Source: Minisyncoccia bacterium (GTDB taxonomy: Bacteria > Patescibacteriota > Minisyncoccia > SW-4-49-11). Taken from it: DNA of 64,000 nt. The notes beneath the pieces were generated by a model. That model had not been told where the DNA came from and searched no databases. It worked only from the letters and a program-made list of their open reading frames with translations. Position numbers and translations under genes: made by a program. The stretch is taken from positions 36,749-100,748 of the forward strand of contig JBIKWJ010000003.1 of assembly GCA_044356325.1 (NCBI GenBank), read 5' to 3'. Below are positions 38,321 to 48,268 of this stretch, in pieces; the first letter of the stretch is position 1; each line of letters begins with the position of its first letter.

Positions 38321-39944
38321 AGCTACCGCCTCCGCCTCCACCAGAGCCACCACCAGCAGAACCTCCACCAGATGAGGCTGATGACATAGTGGAAGATAAT
38401 GAGCTATCTATACTACTGACAAAATCAGTTGGAATAAATACTACTCCATTATTAGAATGATACCAATCTGGATTGGTTGTAATAAGTCCTTCAAAGGCTT
38501 TTGCCCATACTGTTGCCAGCCCAAGAGCAATGGCAAAAGGTAATATTTCAAAAAATATATATTCTTTTTCTTGGAATTGTAATCTATCTTTTTCTGCTAC
38601 TCTAATATATTCTTCTAGTCCTAGAATATGTTCTAATACTCTTGTCCCCTCTTCTGTTCTCTTTGGGGCATAAAATGCTGAGATAGCGGCCAATATTGCT
38701 AGAATATTTAATGATATTGCAATCCATCCTGAAATAAACACCCCAATAATAAAAGCTAATATGAATAGGCCTACTACTATGACACCTAATATACTTCTTG
38801 GTATATTGGGATTTATTGCAAAATATTGTTTCACCTCATCTCTATATATGCTCTTATATATTATATTAAATTTATCCCCTATATGCTCATCTGTTAAATC
38901 TTTCGTAGTGACAGTTTTTCTCTTACCTTTAAATAATATACCTAATAATTCCTGCTCAAATGGCTTTAATGTTTTACCCTTTGGTATATCTTTGAGGTCA
39001 AATTGAAATATCCCATTACTAAACCATTTCTTCTCTTCTATTTGGGTTATATTGAGTATGCCTTGTTGCGCAAGGGATATAATAGTAGCAGATATCTCTA
39101 CTGGGGTTGAATAAGTGTTCTTGAACCGTATAATTGCAGCTGGGCTCATACCCTTTGGTGCATCATATTGTCTTACTATAGGTGTGCGGATTTTGGGGTC
39201 TCTTGCCCAAGCATTCCAGACAAAATATAATATTAAACTTCCTATGATGAGAATTACCCCCGCAATACTCTTATATATAAGCTCTTGATTCTCTTCCCAC
39301 CAAGTTGGAGGGGTAAGTGTACCAAGTGGAAATCCTATTGCAAAAGTTAACCCTTCTCCCGCTGCAAGTGATTGATTAGATGTTATCTCAATAGTACGAG
39401 CATTTGTCCAAGTAATAGTACAGTCTTGCGCTTTTGATGAAGACATACCGGTATAACAATATAATTTGTCCCCGACTTTGTCTTGTAAATCTTCTGGTAA
39501 TAGAATTGTTGCGGAAGCTTGCTCTATGGGGACTTCCCAGTCAGTTCCTGTTATTTGCCAATATAATTCATCTCTATCTTGGAGTTTTTCGATCACGCCC
39601 TTTACTTGATAGGTAATACTATATTGATTGAGGCCTGTAAGGTATATATCTGCATCTCCTATTTTGATATTAATTTCTCCACCCCGACTAATTTCCTGAG
39701 TTGCCGCCCTCCCATTTTGTAATGCCTGTATATCCCCTTGTATATTAATTCCTTTGAGGGGAATTGTCCGATAAATTCCACGCCTTTCATTTTCTCCAAA
39801 ATCATAGGATATATTCTCCTCTACTTGTATACTCCTATCAGTATTGACTGTAATAGTACTCTTAAAATCTCGTATAGTCTCGGCTGATACCAATACTGGG
39901 AAAATATATAAAACTATTGCGATCAGAGCATATTGAGCTTTCAT
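38316..39944 (-). CDS. DUF2207-like membrane protein with a C-terminal Gly-rich tail
   Basis: Signal peptide, a roughly 200-aa extracytoplasmic domain, TM helices and a C-terminal SGGGSAGGGSGGGGGGSW tail. Confidence 0.5.
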   Translation of the reverse strand: MKAQYALIAIVLYIFPVLVSAETIRDFKSTITVNTDRSIQVEENISYDFGENERRGIYRTIPLKGINIQGDIQALQNGRAATQEISRGGEINIKIGDADIYLTGLNQYSITYQVKGVIEKLQDRDELYWQITGTDWEVPIEQASATILLPEDLQDKVGDKLYCYTGMSSSKAQDCTITWTNARTIEITSNQSLAAGEGLTFAIGFPLGTLTPPTWWEENQELIYKSIAGVILIIGSLILYFVWNAWARDPKIRTPIVRQYDAPKGMSPAAIIRFKNTYSTPVEISATIISLAQQGILNITQIEEKKWFSNGIFQFDLKDIPKGKTLKPFEQELLGILFKGKRKTVTTKDLTDEHIGDKFNIIYKSIYRDEVKQYFAINPNIPRSILGVIVVGLFILAFIIGVFISGWIAISLNILAILAAISAFYAPKRTEEGTRVLEHILGLEEYIRVAEKDRLQFQEKEYIFFEILPFAIALGLATVWAKAFEGLITTNPDWYHSNNGVVFIPTDFVSSIDSSLSSTMSSASSGGGSAGGGSGGGGGGSW

Positions 39945-39982
39945 AATAGAATATTTTATATTCTTAGTATAGCATATATTAC

Positions 39983-40708
39983 CTACAGATAATCTAAGAT
40001 TTTATCATAATTCAAAAAATTCAATCCGCTGAATAGATATTTTGCTATTATTTCTAAGTTACTGGTGATAAATAATATTCCAATTAACACCAAAAATATT
40101 CCACTAATAACTCTAATAATAGGTGTTATATGCTCTATCTTTTGCAATAATTCTCGCCCTTGAGCTAATGATAAAGCAGTAAGTAAAAATGGTACTGCAA
40201 GTCCAAGAGAGAATACAAACATCAAAAAAGCTCCCTCTAATACCGTCCCATCATTGATAAGAAAAGTCAGTATAGTCCCGAGTATTGGCCCAATACAAGG
40301 ACTCCACCCCACTCCTAAAAGCATTCCTAATAATACCGAACTCTGAGCTGTCCCTGCTCTCAATGATTTGATTCGAGGTGTCCAGGTTTTTTGGAATAAT
40401 GCAAATCGGAATAATCCTATCATTTCTAATCCCCAGATAATAATAATTATTCCTGCGATACGAGAAATAAGTAGCCGAGTTTCTGCATTTAATAGTCCTG
40501 CTAGGCTGGTTGCAAATATTCCAAGAGTCACAAATACACCCATAAAACCGAGTATAAATAAGGCTCCATTGCGTATAGTTTGGAATTTGTTAAGCTTACC
40601 ATCCCCTGTTATAAAGCCAATATAGGCGGGTATAAGAGGAAATGTACAAGGAGCAAGAAATGTGAGCATTCCTGCTACAAAACTTGCTCCTATTAATGAA
40701 CTAGTCAT
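39983..40708 (-). CDS. ccdA: Cytochrome c-type biogenesis protein CcdA / DsbD transmembrane domain
   Basis: FLAPCTFPLIP and a second SPCIGPIL Cys motif. Six TM helices. Confidence 0.75.
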   Translation of the reverse strand: MTSSLIGASFVAGMLTFLAPCTFPLIPAYIGFITGDGKLNKFQTIRNGALFILGFMGVFVTLGIFATSLAGLLNAETRLLISRIAGIIIIIWGLEMIGLFRFALFQKTWTPRIKSLRAGTAQSSVLLGMLLGVGWSPCIGPILGTILTFLINDGTVLEGAFLMFVFSLGLAVPFLLTALSLAQGRELLQKIEHITPIIRVISGIFLVLIGILFITSNLEIIAKYLFSGLNFLNYDKILDYL

Positions 40709-40714
40709 AGTAAT

Positions 40715-41917
40715 TTATTTGTTTCGATATTCTAATACCAATGCGCCGAGTGAAGTATATACCACTCCTAATCCTATGATGAATCCAAGAATTGGTAACC
40801 AAGCTAAGAGTGACAATACTACATATATTCCTAATGCTATGAAATATATTTGCCAATCAGATTTTCCAAATTGATATTTTTTATGTAACCATTGGGCAGT
40901 CACAATACTAGCTATTGCTTGAGAGAATACAATTAATGAGATATAAGCAAATAATGTAAATAGAGCTAATGGAATACCAATAATAGTAATTATGAGGAGG
41001 ATAATTATAGCAATCGGAATAAAGAATAATAATGCTCCATAGATAAATGCTCTAAATCCTTCTTCCCAATTAGAAACTCTTTTTACTGCTTTTTGAATGA
41101 ATTTTTTATTGAAATTGAATATAAGTCCGATTACAAGAGCTGCTGATAATATTTCCCATACGAGGAACCCTGAGAAGACTTTAGGTCCCATATCTTTTTT
41201 ATTTACCTTTTCTTTTAATAATTCAGCATCAAATGTTGCCTTTGTTCCTTCGGCAAGATTTGGAGTTAAATCTAATTCTTTGGTAAATCCATATATTACA
41301 TTTCCCCCGAATAGAGATGCTTCACTAATATCTACGGTTTCACTTGCAACAAAAGTTGTTTTTCCTCCAAGTTTTCCATCAAGCGTAAAATCTCCTGTTC
41401 TAATATTACTATCTCCTTGTACTTCTCCTGTGATGGTAGTATTCTCAGAAGCCACTCTAATATTTCCTTTTACTGTCCCATCTAATTTAAGTTGTGACAC
41501 AAAAGCAATAATATCTCCAGAAATAGTTGCATCTTTATCTATGATTAAGGTTTGGGCAAATACAATCACATCCCCTTTTACATTACCTTTAATAGTAACA
41601 TTAGAAGCTGCAATTCTAACATCATCTCCAATATCTTGATTTACCGCAACGGAATCTCCTGCCACTATTAAATCTTCTGAAATGGTAGCATCAATATCTA
41701 CTCTACCCGATGCAATCACAGCATCCCCCTCTATCGGGCTATCTATTTGCACTGTCTGTCCTGCCAAATAAGCATCTCCCTGAACTTTTTCTTTTGGATT
41801 AACAATATCCCCAGCATCTAATAACAAAGCAGATGCAGACTGAGTTCCAAACAGTACTAGTACAGCTACTAGTGCAATAAGATATTTTTTCATAGTAGTA
41901 TGATTATTAATATACAT
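40715..41917 (-). CDS. Secreted beta-helical repeat protein (bactofilin / DUF4097-like repeats) with a C-terminal four-TM anchor
   Basis: Signal peptide. Repeats of the form GD.V....V.I.G.V.GD. Hydrophobic C-terminus. Confidence 0.4.
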   Translation of the reverse strand: MYINNHTTMKKYLIALVAVLVLFGTQSASALLLDAGDIVNPKEKVQGDAYLAGQTVQIDSPIEGDAVIASGRVDIDATISEDLIVAGDSVAVNQDIGDDVRIAASNVTIKGNVKGDVIVFAQTLIIDKDATISGDIIAFVSQLKLDGTVKGNIRVASENTTITGEVQGDSNIRTGDFTLDGKLGGKTTFVASETVDISEASLFGGNVIYGFTKELDLTPNLAEGTKATFDAELLKEKVNKKDMGPKVFSGFLVWEILSAALVIGLIFNFNKKFIQKAVKRVSNWEEGFRAFIYGALLFFIPIAIIILLIITIIGIPLALFTLFAYISLIVFSQAIASIVTAQWLHKKYQFGKSDWQIYFIALGIYVVLSLLAWLPILGFIIGLGVVYTSLGALVLEYRNK

Positions 41918-41985
41918 ATAGTATACACCTTCTAGTAAAAATCACAAAATAAAGGTATAGTGTATGTAGAATAAGATAAAAATAT

Positions 41986-42987
41986 ATGAAATTACTTGCC
42001 TTTGAAATAGACGAATCAGAAAAATTATATTTAGAAAATCATTTACCTGAGTCTCTTGCCCGAGAATATTATTCAGATATTCTAAGCCTTGAAGCTTTAG
42101 AGAATAAAGAAGATACCACACATCTTGCGGTATTCGTATACTCTCAAGTTAATACCCAAGTTCTAGACAAACTCCCAAACTTGAAAGCAATATTTACTAT
42201 GTCTACAGGATATGATCATATTGATATTACAGCTGCTCAGAACCGAGGAATTAGTGTACACTCCGTACCTTTTTATGGTGAGAATACGGTAGCGGAGCAT
42301 ACTTTTGCCCTGATATTAGCTTTGTCTCGACAAATTGTCCCCTCAGTAGCTCGTACTCGTACTTTTGATTTTAATCCTGCTGGATTAGAGGGTTTTGACC
42401 TCAAGGGGAAAACATTAGGAATTATTGGTATGGGACATATTGGATCTTTTGTTGCCCGTATTGCCAAAGGATTTAGTATGAATATAATAGCCTATGACCC
42501 ATTTCCTAAACCGGAACTCGCTACTGAAATTGGATTTACTTATGCGAGTCTCGAGGAATTACTCCCCCAATCAGATATTGTCACTCTTCATACAGCATAT
42601 AGAGCTGAGACACATCATATTATTAATCAGGAATCTATACAATTATTCAAGAGAGGTTCTTATCTTATTAATACTGCTCGTGGAGGATTGGTTGAAACTT
42701 CGGCTCTTATCAAAGGACTTGAAGATGGGATTCTAGCTGGAGCTGGGCTAGATGTATTAGAAGAGGAATGTTTTATCAAAGAAGAAAAAGAATTATTATC
42801 TGAGTCTTTCCGTAAAACCTGTGATCTCACCACCGTGGTACAAGATCATCTCCTCATCCAAGACCCCCGTATTATTGTGACCCCTCATAATGCTTTCAAT
42901 TCTCGTGAAGCTCTCGAGCGAATTCTCGAGACAACAGTTACTAATATTACATCTCAATTAGAGAATAATCTTGTGAATCAGATATAG
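41986..42987 (+). CDS. D-isomer-specific 2-hydroxyacid dehydrogenase (NAD-binding)
   Basis: GKTLGIIGMGHIGSFVARIAKGF Rossmann motif and the catalytic R..E..H arrangement. Confidence 0.8.
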   Translation: MKLLAFEIDESEKLYLENHLPESLAREYYSDILSLEALENKEDTTHLAVFVYSQVNTQVLDKLPNLKAIFTMSTGYDHIDITAAQNRGISVHSVPFYGENTVAEHTFALILALSRQIVPSVARTRTFDFNPAGLEGFDLKGKTLGIIGMGHIGSFVARIAKGFSMNIIAYDPFPKPELATEIGFTYASLEELLPQSDIVTLHTAYRAETHHIINQESIQLFKRGSYLINTARGGLVETSALIKGLEDGILAGAGLDVLEEECFIKEEKELLSESFRKTCDLTTVVQDHLLIQDPRIIVTPHNAFNSREALERILETTVTNITSQLENNLVNQI

Positions 42988-43414
42988 TAAAAATTGAATC
43001 GCCTTGTTATCAAAACTTGACAAAATACATACTTTGTGATATAAAAGCACTGTCCTACTGACTTCATCTTATGCTAAGACTTCGTAGACACCCTTTGCCT
43101 GTTTGGAAAGGGCCTGTTTGGAAAAGACTTTTGCGCTATGTGATACAAGATTGTAGGAGTTTTAGTCTCATCGCTTGTTGGCGGGGGAATGGGTGGTGGG
43201 GTAAGCTTTTGCTCATTTTCTATGGTGGGTTCCTTTTTTCATTATTTCCTCTGTTTTTTGGAGATGTTGTTCTCTTTGTTGTCATTAACCTATTTTTCAT
43301 ATTTCCCCTAGCACTTTTAATACTAATTCTCATTACATGCGACGACTTTTGTCACTGGTGGCAAGAAAAAGAAGCAGAGAACCACACAATCTGAATCAGA
43401 GACTTCATCTTATC

Positions 43415-43445
43415 AACCCCTCCTCTAGAGGGGTTTTTACTTTTA
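43415..43445. terminator. Rho-independent terminator
   Basis: CCCCTC-ctcta-GAGGGG hairpin plus TTTTTACTTTT. Confidence 0.55.
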
Positions 43446-43462
43446 TAATCTTCTAGAACTCA

Positions 43463-44014
43463 TTATCCTACTACTATTTCACTTAATATTTTTGCCCATT
43501 TGGCATCCAGGAAATGACTACTATTTGGGATTGCTATTAACTCCCCTTCTAAATCTTTTGCAATATTCTGAGCTTGTATAAAAAGGATATTAGTATCATC
43601 CTCTGAGCCGATGACTTTAATCTCCCCTTTTATCTTGGATTTCACCTGATTAATATCTATCAAATGCTCAAAAAAATTAGCATAATTGCCATCACGGAAG
43701 CTGGCATTGCTAATAGAGTTATCAAAAGGGGCTATGAGGACAATATTCTCTACACTTAACTCTGCCTGCTCCAACAATAATAGTACGGCTCTCGTCCCCA
43801 GACTATGTCCTACAAGAGTTATAGGGTATTGAGAGTCTCTCACCGCCTGCTCTATAATAGGATACCAATCTGTGAAGACAGGATATTTACCTCCAGGCAA
43901 ATCGAGAGTTATAATTTCATTCCCCTCTTCTGTTATCAATTGCCGGAATTCTGGATGCCAAACACTTTCACTGCTGTGATTATATCCTGGTATATCTATG
44001 ACGGTAATTGCCAT
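43463..44014 (-). CDS. Alpha/beta hydrolase, YdeN/RBBP9-like serine hydrolase
   Basis: GHSLG nucleophile elbow. 183 aa. Confidence 0.55.
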   Translation of the reverse strand: MAITVIDIPGYNHSSESVWHPEFRQLITEEGNEIITLDLPGGKYPVFTDWYPIIEQAVRDSQYPITLVGHSLGTRAVLLLLEQAELSVENIVLIAPFDNSISNASFRDGNYANFFEHLIDINQVKSKIKGEIKVIGSEDDTNILFIQAQNIAKDLEGELIAIPNSSHFLDAKWAKILSEIVVG

Positions 44015-44214
44015 TATTTTTGGAAATAATTAATAATTAATTGTATGAATCCAATAATAGTAATCACTATACCTACTCCAATCAAAATAGGAAAAAGAAT
44101 CTGAGCAATAAATTGAGCCACAAAACAAAATACCGCAAGTCCCAAACCTCCCCAGATTAACCATTCTGGCTTTGCTTGTCCTTGGGTTTTCTCACCTACA
44201 ACTTTAATCTCCAT
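44014..44214 (-). CDS. Small membrane protein
   Basis: 66 aa with two TM helices. Confidence 0.3.
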   Translation of the reverse strand: MEIKVVGEKTQGQAKPEWLIWGGLGLAVFCFVAQFIAQILFPILIGVGIVITIIGFIQLIINYFQK

Positions 44215-44279
44215 ATATAACTATTTATCCTGAACTTAATAATTATATTATATCATATTTCATATAGTATATTCACTAT

Positions 44280-44990
44280 TTACTCAACTATATAAGAAAT
44301 TTTTGTCATGCCCTTATTAGATTTTATTTTCCTAATTATTATCTTACCAATTTCAGCAGATTGTTCTATATGAGTTCCCCCACAACCACATCCTGGAAAG
44401 CCCGTAAAGTTTATTACTCTTGCTGACTTACCTGCAGGTGCCAAAATAGATTGTGCTTCAGCTTCTTTAGGAGTTAAATTATTCTTTTCTATGGATAAAT
44501 TCTTATTTATCAAATCATCAATTTTTTCTTGTAAATTTATTATCATTTCACTCGAGTTTTCAACTATTCCCTCATATTCTACATAGGGACCATTGGGAAA
44601 ATGAAAACCTTTTCCTGGTTTTAAATTATCTAAACCCATTTCTAATATAGCACAATCTATCAGATGTCCAGCTGAGTGTAGTTTTGCATTTTGTATACGT
44701 CTATTTTGATCAATTTTCAATAAAACAGCATCCCCTTTTTGAAATTCTCCATTTTTAAATTCTCCAAAATGCCAAATATCTCCTGATTCATCTAATCTAA
44801 CATCATTAACCAAAAAAATAATATCCCCAAAAACTATTTTTCCATTGTCAGCAGGCTGTCCTCCCCCTTGAGGGTAAAATATTGTTTTATCTAAAATTAC
44901 TGCCTGACCTTTCTCACTATTTCTTATATCAACAACTTTTGCATCGAATTCAAATAAATATGTATCATCTAAATATTCTAACTTTGTCAT
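44280..44990 (-). CDS. alaX: Alanyl-tRNA editing protein AlaX-like (tRNA synthetase SAD domain)
   Basis: HSAGHLI and CGCGGTHI zinc-binding motifs. Confidence 0.75.
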   Translation of the reverse strand: MTKLEYLDDTYLFEFDAKVVDIRNSEKGQAVILDKTIFYPQGGGQPADNGKIVFGDIIFLVNDVRLDESGDIWHFGEFKNGEFQKGDAVLLKIDQNRRIQNAKLHSAGHLIDCAILEMGLDNLKPGKGFHFPNGPYVEYEGIVENSSEMIINLQEKIDDLINKNLSIEKNNLTPKEAEAQSILAPAGKSARVINFTGFPGCGCGGTHIEQSAEIGKIIIRKIKSNKGMTKISYIVE

Positions 44991-45092
44991 ATTATTGATA
45001 ATTAAATTTCATATTTTCAATTATACACTACTTATAGATATAATAATAGATTGAAATATATTATGTACTAATCCATTTTATAAAACCAAAAA

Positions 45093-45224
45093 CCCCCACG
45101 AGGGGGGCTTGGTAAAAATATAAAAGAGCTTGAATAGTATACCGATTTTAGATAATTATGTCAATATTACTTTTTTATATTCCCCTCTTGAGGGGTGTCA
45201 TCTTTGATGATGGGGTGGAATGTC
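45093..45224. repeat. GC-rich mosaic hairpin repeat block R10
   Basis: CCCCCACGAGGGGGG hairpin and module C (TTCCCCTCTTGAGGGGT..GGGGTGGA). Confidence 0.6.
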
Positions 45225-45229
45225 CTAAA

Positions 45230-45889
45230 TTACTCCTTGGTAATTTTTGCTGAGATAATTTTGACATCTTCGACTGGTCTGTCTCCAGGGGCGGTTGCTA
45301 CATTTCCAATACTTTCTACAATATCGAGTCCCCCGATTACTTTTCCTACATTAGTATGTACTCCATCTAGCCAAGGAGTTGACTCAGCTGTTACAATGAA
45401 GAATTGTGAGCCATTAGTATTAGGTCCAGAATTGGCTAGGGCAAAACTTCCCTTTACGAGAGGCTCATCATTGAATTCATCATCATATTTTTCTCCAGCA
45501 TCTCCAGTTCCATATAAAGCAGATTTGCTTGGGTCTTTGGTATTAGGGTCTCCTCCTTGTATCATAAAATCTTTTATCACTCGATGGAATATGGTATCAT
45601 TATATACTCCATTGTTAGCGTATTTAGTGATATATTCTACTGTTTTAGGGGATAAATCTTTGAATAATTCGATAGTTATTACTCCTTTGTTGGTGGTAAG
45701 TTCAAGTATTGGTCGCTCTTTCATAATATCTTCATTTAATTTGGTAATTTGTTGAGTAGTATTGAGACTAGCCTTAATCTCATCATTTCCTTTTTTACTA
45801 AAATCTTGATTAATATACATTCCTACTCCTGCTACTATTAAAAAGATTCCTATTGCAAAATATCCTAATTTCCTCATATCTGTATTCAT
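45230..45889 (-). CDS. ppiB: Cyclophilin-type peptidyl-prolyl cis-trans isomerase, membrane-anchored
   Basis: FHRVIKDFMIQGGDP plus an N-terminal TM helix. Confidence 0.85.
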   Translation of the reverse strand: MNTDMRKLGYFAIGIFLIVAGVGMYINQDFSKKGNDEIKASLNTTQQITKLNEDIMKERPILELTTNKGVITIELFKDLSPKTVEYITKYANNGVYNDTIFHRVIKDFMIQGGDPNTKDPSKSALYGTGDAGEKYDDEFNDEPLVKGSFALANSGPNTNGSQFFIVTAESTPWLDGVHTNVGKVIGGLDIVESIGNVATAPGDRPVEDVKIISAKITKE

Positions 45890-45947
45890 TATTCATATTG
45901 GTATGAATATAGTATATCATAAAAAGTTTTTATCAAAAAATAAATCT

Positions 45948-46619
45948 CTATTTCTCCAAATGAGAATGGTCATTATATACCCATACTCTCCAGCCGGTAT
46001 ACGGATATTCAGGATTATATTGTAAAATTGTGAGTCCGGCATTCTCTATCCAATATTGCTCTTGTAGCCGATCATATAATTCCGGGTTAATAGTATCTCC
46101 TAGAATTGCTCTGATAATCAGGGTATTGAGGAAAAATTGATGAGTTACTACACCTATATTTTGTTCTGGTCTTGATTGTAATAATTCTAAAGCTTTATCC
46201 ACTCGAACAATCATAGTATCATAACTATCTCCATCTTCTACCTGCTCACCTGAATTAAACAAACTATGTTTCCAAGCATTTTCTGTAGCTAATATCAGCT
46301 CATCACTACGCAATTTACCAATAATAGAACTAGGTTTTTGTCTCTCTATGAAGAAATCTGAGTATTCAATATTATAGTCGCTATACTGACTAATAATTTC
46401 TGTGGTCTCACGAGCACGAGTTAAAGTACTAGATAATAATACATCTAATTCAAATTTAGCTATACGCTTAGCTAATCTTTGAGACTGCTCTCGCCCTAAT
46501 TCCGTAAGATACTGTTCAGCTAAATGTATATCTTCATTAATAGAATCAAGATGTTGTATATTACCTTCACTTTGGCCATGCCGGAAAAAATAAATAGTTT
46601 TTTGTGGTTTTGATTGCAT
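45948..46619 (-). CDS. Histidine phosphatase family protein (phosphoglycerate-mutase-like)
   Basis: IYFFRHGQSEGN RHG motif. Confidence 0.7.
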   Translation of the reverse strand: MQSKPQKTIYFFRHGQSEGNIQHLDSINEDIHLAEQYLTELGREQSQRLAKRIAKFELDVLLSSTLTRARETTEIISQYSDYNIEYSDFFIERQKPSSIIGKLRSDELILATENAWKHSLFNSGEQVEDGDSYDTMIVRVDKALELLQSRPEQNIGVVTHQFFLNTLIIRAILGDTINPELYDRLQEQYWIENAGLTILQYNPEYPYTGWRVWVYNDHSHLEK

Positions 46620-46648
46620 AATAAAAGGTTAGTGGACCGTACTGGGAT

Positions 46649-46745
46649 ACAAACCGGACGCCTTGTCCTGGGAAACCCTCGGTTTCCCAACCTTCCAACA
46701 CAGGAAACTCCCGTTTCCCGACCCCTTCCCTACTGGTTCGATTAA
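46649..46745. repeat. GC-rich repeat block R11 (module G)
   Basis: GGTTTCCCAACCTTCCAACACAGGAAACTCCCGTTTCCCGACCCC is nearly identical to 38250-38300. Confidence 0.7.
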
Positions 46746-46761
46746 TAATACAAAGGCCATG

Positions 46762-46834
46762 TGGACCGTACTGGGATCGAACCAGCGACCTCTTCCATGC
46801 CATGGAAGCGCGCTACCAACTGCGCCAACGGCCC
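46762..46834 (-). tRNA. tRNA-Ala (anticodon GGC)
   Basis: Cloverleaf folded by hand from the reverse complement. G3:U70 Ala identity pair. Anticodon loop AUGGCAU. No encoded CCA. Confidence 0.85.
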
Positions 46835-46935
46835 CTTATATATCTAGTATATCAGGATATAAAGTCTATTACAATATATTGAATTCTACCCAAATATATA
46901 GTATACTATATATACTTAGCAACTAATCTAATCAT

Positions 46936-47304
46936 ATGACTAGTAAAAATGCTTTTGGAATTATTATCATTGGATTTGGAGTAATATGGCTATTGGGTAG
47001 TTTTGGAGCTCCTACTCCAAAACTGGGGGATTGGCTACCTGCTTTATTTATTGCGGCTGGAGTTTGGAAATTATTAGAATCTCAGTTCAAATCAATTACT
47101 TTTTCTATTATTCTCATTGGTATTGGAGTAGTTCTAGGTCTTCTTCGATTAGAAATTATTACTTGGGAGGATTTCTGGCTTGCTGTGGGACCTATTATTG
47201 TTATTCTGATTGGTATCAATATACTTATCGGCAACAAGTATAATAAAGGGTATAAAGAAGGAGATACAAAGCCTAAGGTATCAGAGGAAGAAGAGAAGAA
47301 ATAA
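46936..47304 (+). CDS. Small polytopic membrane protein
   Basis: 122 aa with three to four TM helices and a K/E-rich tail. Confidence 0.4.
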   Translation: MTSKNAFGIIIIGFGVIWLLGSFGAPTPKLGDWLPALFIAAGVWKLLESQFKSITFSIILIGIGVVLGLLRLEIITWEDFWLAVGPIIVILIGINILIGNKYNKGYKEGDTKPKVSEEEEKK

Positions 47305-47366
47305 TTCTATTGACATTTTTTTCATTTCGGTTCATACTTAATATATACTAAATAAATATTAAATAT

Positions 47367-48203
47367 ATGGTTTCTTTCAAATTACACAATGGTTTTGATC
47401 GGCTTAAGATGTATAATGGATTGATGGGGGCTCTCCACTTCTTCCAAGCTGGATTAATGTTATATATTTCTAAAGAATATTTACTACCTGTATTTACCCA
47501 TTATCTCAAATTTGATGCTGCAAATCGTAGCGCTATACCTATGCCAGTAGAAGAAAAGTTATTTGATGTAAATGTTGGACCAGCTGTTGCTTTATTCTTA
47601 TTATTATCAGCATTAGCCCATTTTATTACAATTTTACCTAATGTGTATCCTTGGTATATCAAAAATCTCAAGAAGCATATTAATGTGATCAGATGGTATG
47701 AATATGCTCTATCATCATCAATAATGATTGTAATAATAGGATTGTTGGTTGGTATTTATGACTTCTCTACTCTCTTATTACTCTTTGGACTTAATGCCGC
47801 TATGAATCTTTTTGGTCTTGTGATGGAGCAAATCAATCAAGATAGAAAAGATGTTAATTGGCTTCCATATATATTTGGATGTATTGCAGGTATAATCCCT
47901 TGGATTGTTATTTTCCTTCATTTCCAAGGAGCTCTTGCTAATGTCGATGTAGATGTGCCAAGTTTTGTATATTGGATTGTATTCTCATTATTTGCAGTAT
48001 TCAATGTATTTGCTATTAATATGTTCCTTCAATACAAAAAAGTTGGGCCTTGGAAATCATATGTGTTCGGAGAGAAAATCTATGTTTTCCTATCCCTATT
48101 TGCTAAAACATTATTAGCTTGGCAGGTATGGTCAGGAACTCTTAGAGGTCGTGAGAATGACGTATCATCTGCTATTAATCATATTATTAACTTAATTTCA
48201 TAA
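47367..48203 (+). CDS. Heliorhodopsin (seven-TM retinal protein, inverted topology)
   Basis: Diagnostic motifs IRWYEYALSSSIMIV, FGCIAGIIPWIV, VPSFVYWIVFSLF and FLSLFAKTLLAWQVWSGTL (Schiff-base Lys). These closely parallel heliorhodopsin 48C12 as recalled from memory. 278 aa. Confidence 0.8.
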   Translation: MVSFKLHNGFDRLKMYNGLMGALHFFQAGLMLYISKEYLLPVFTHYLKFDAANRSAIPMPVEEKLFDVNVGPAVALFLLLSALAHFITILPNVYPWYIKNLKKHINVIRWYEYALSSSIMIVIIGLLVGIYDFSTLLLLFGLNAAMNLFGLVMEQINQDRKDVNWLPYIFGCIAGIIPWIVIFLHFQGALANVDVDVPSFVYWIVFSLFAVFNVFAINMFLQYKKVGPWKSYVFGEKIYVFLSLFAKTLLAWQVWSGTLRGRENDVSSAINHIINLIS

Positions 48204-48226
48204 TTTCAAAGAGAAATTAAAGTACT

Positions 48227-48256
48227 AAAAAAGCTCCGATTACTCGGAGCTTTTTT
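48227..48256. terminator. Bidirectional rho-independent terminator
   Basis: AAAAAAGCTCCG-attact-CGGAGCTTTTTT. Confidence 0.7.
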
Positions 48257-48268
48257 AGTATCGAGGAC

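Noticed and set aside
43071-43394. 107-aa ORF as a protein-coding gene
   Set aside because: Trp/Phe-rich, repetitive and low-complexity translation with an internal DNA tandem repeat. More likely non-coding; see the finding on this segment.
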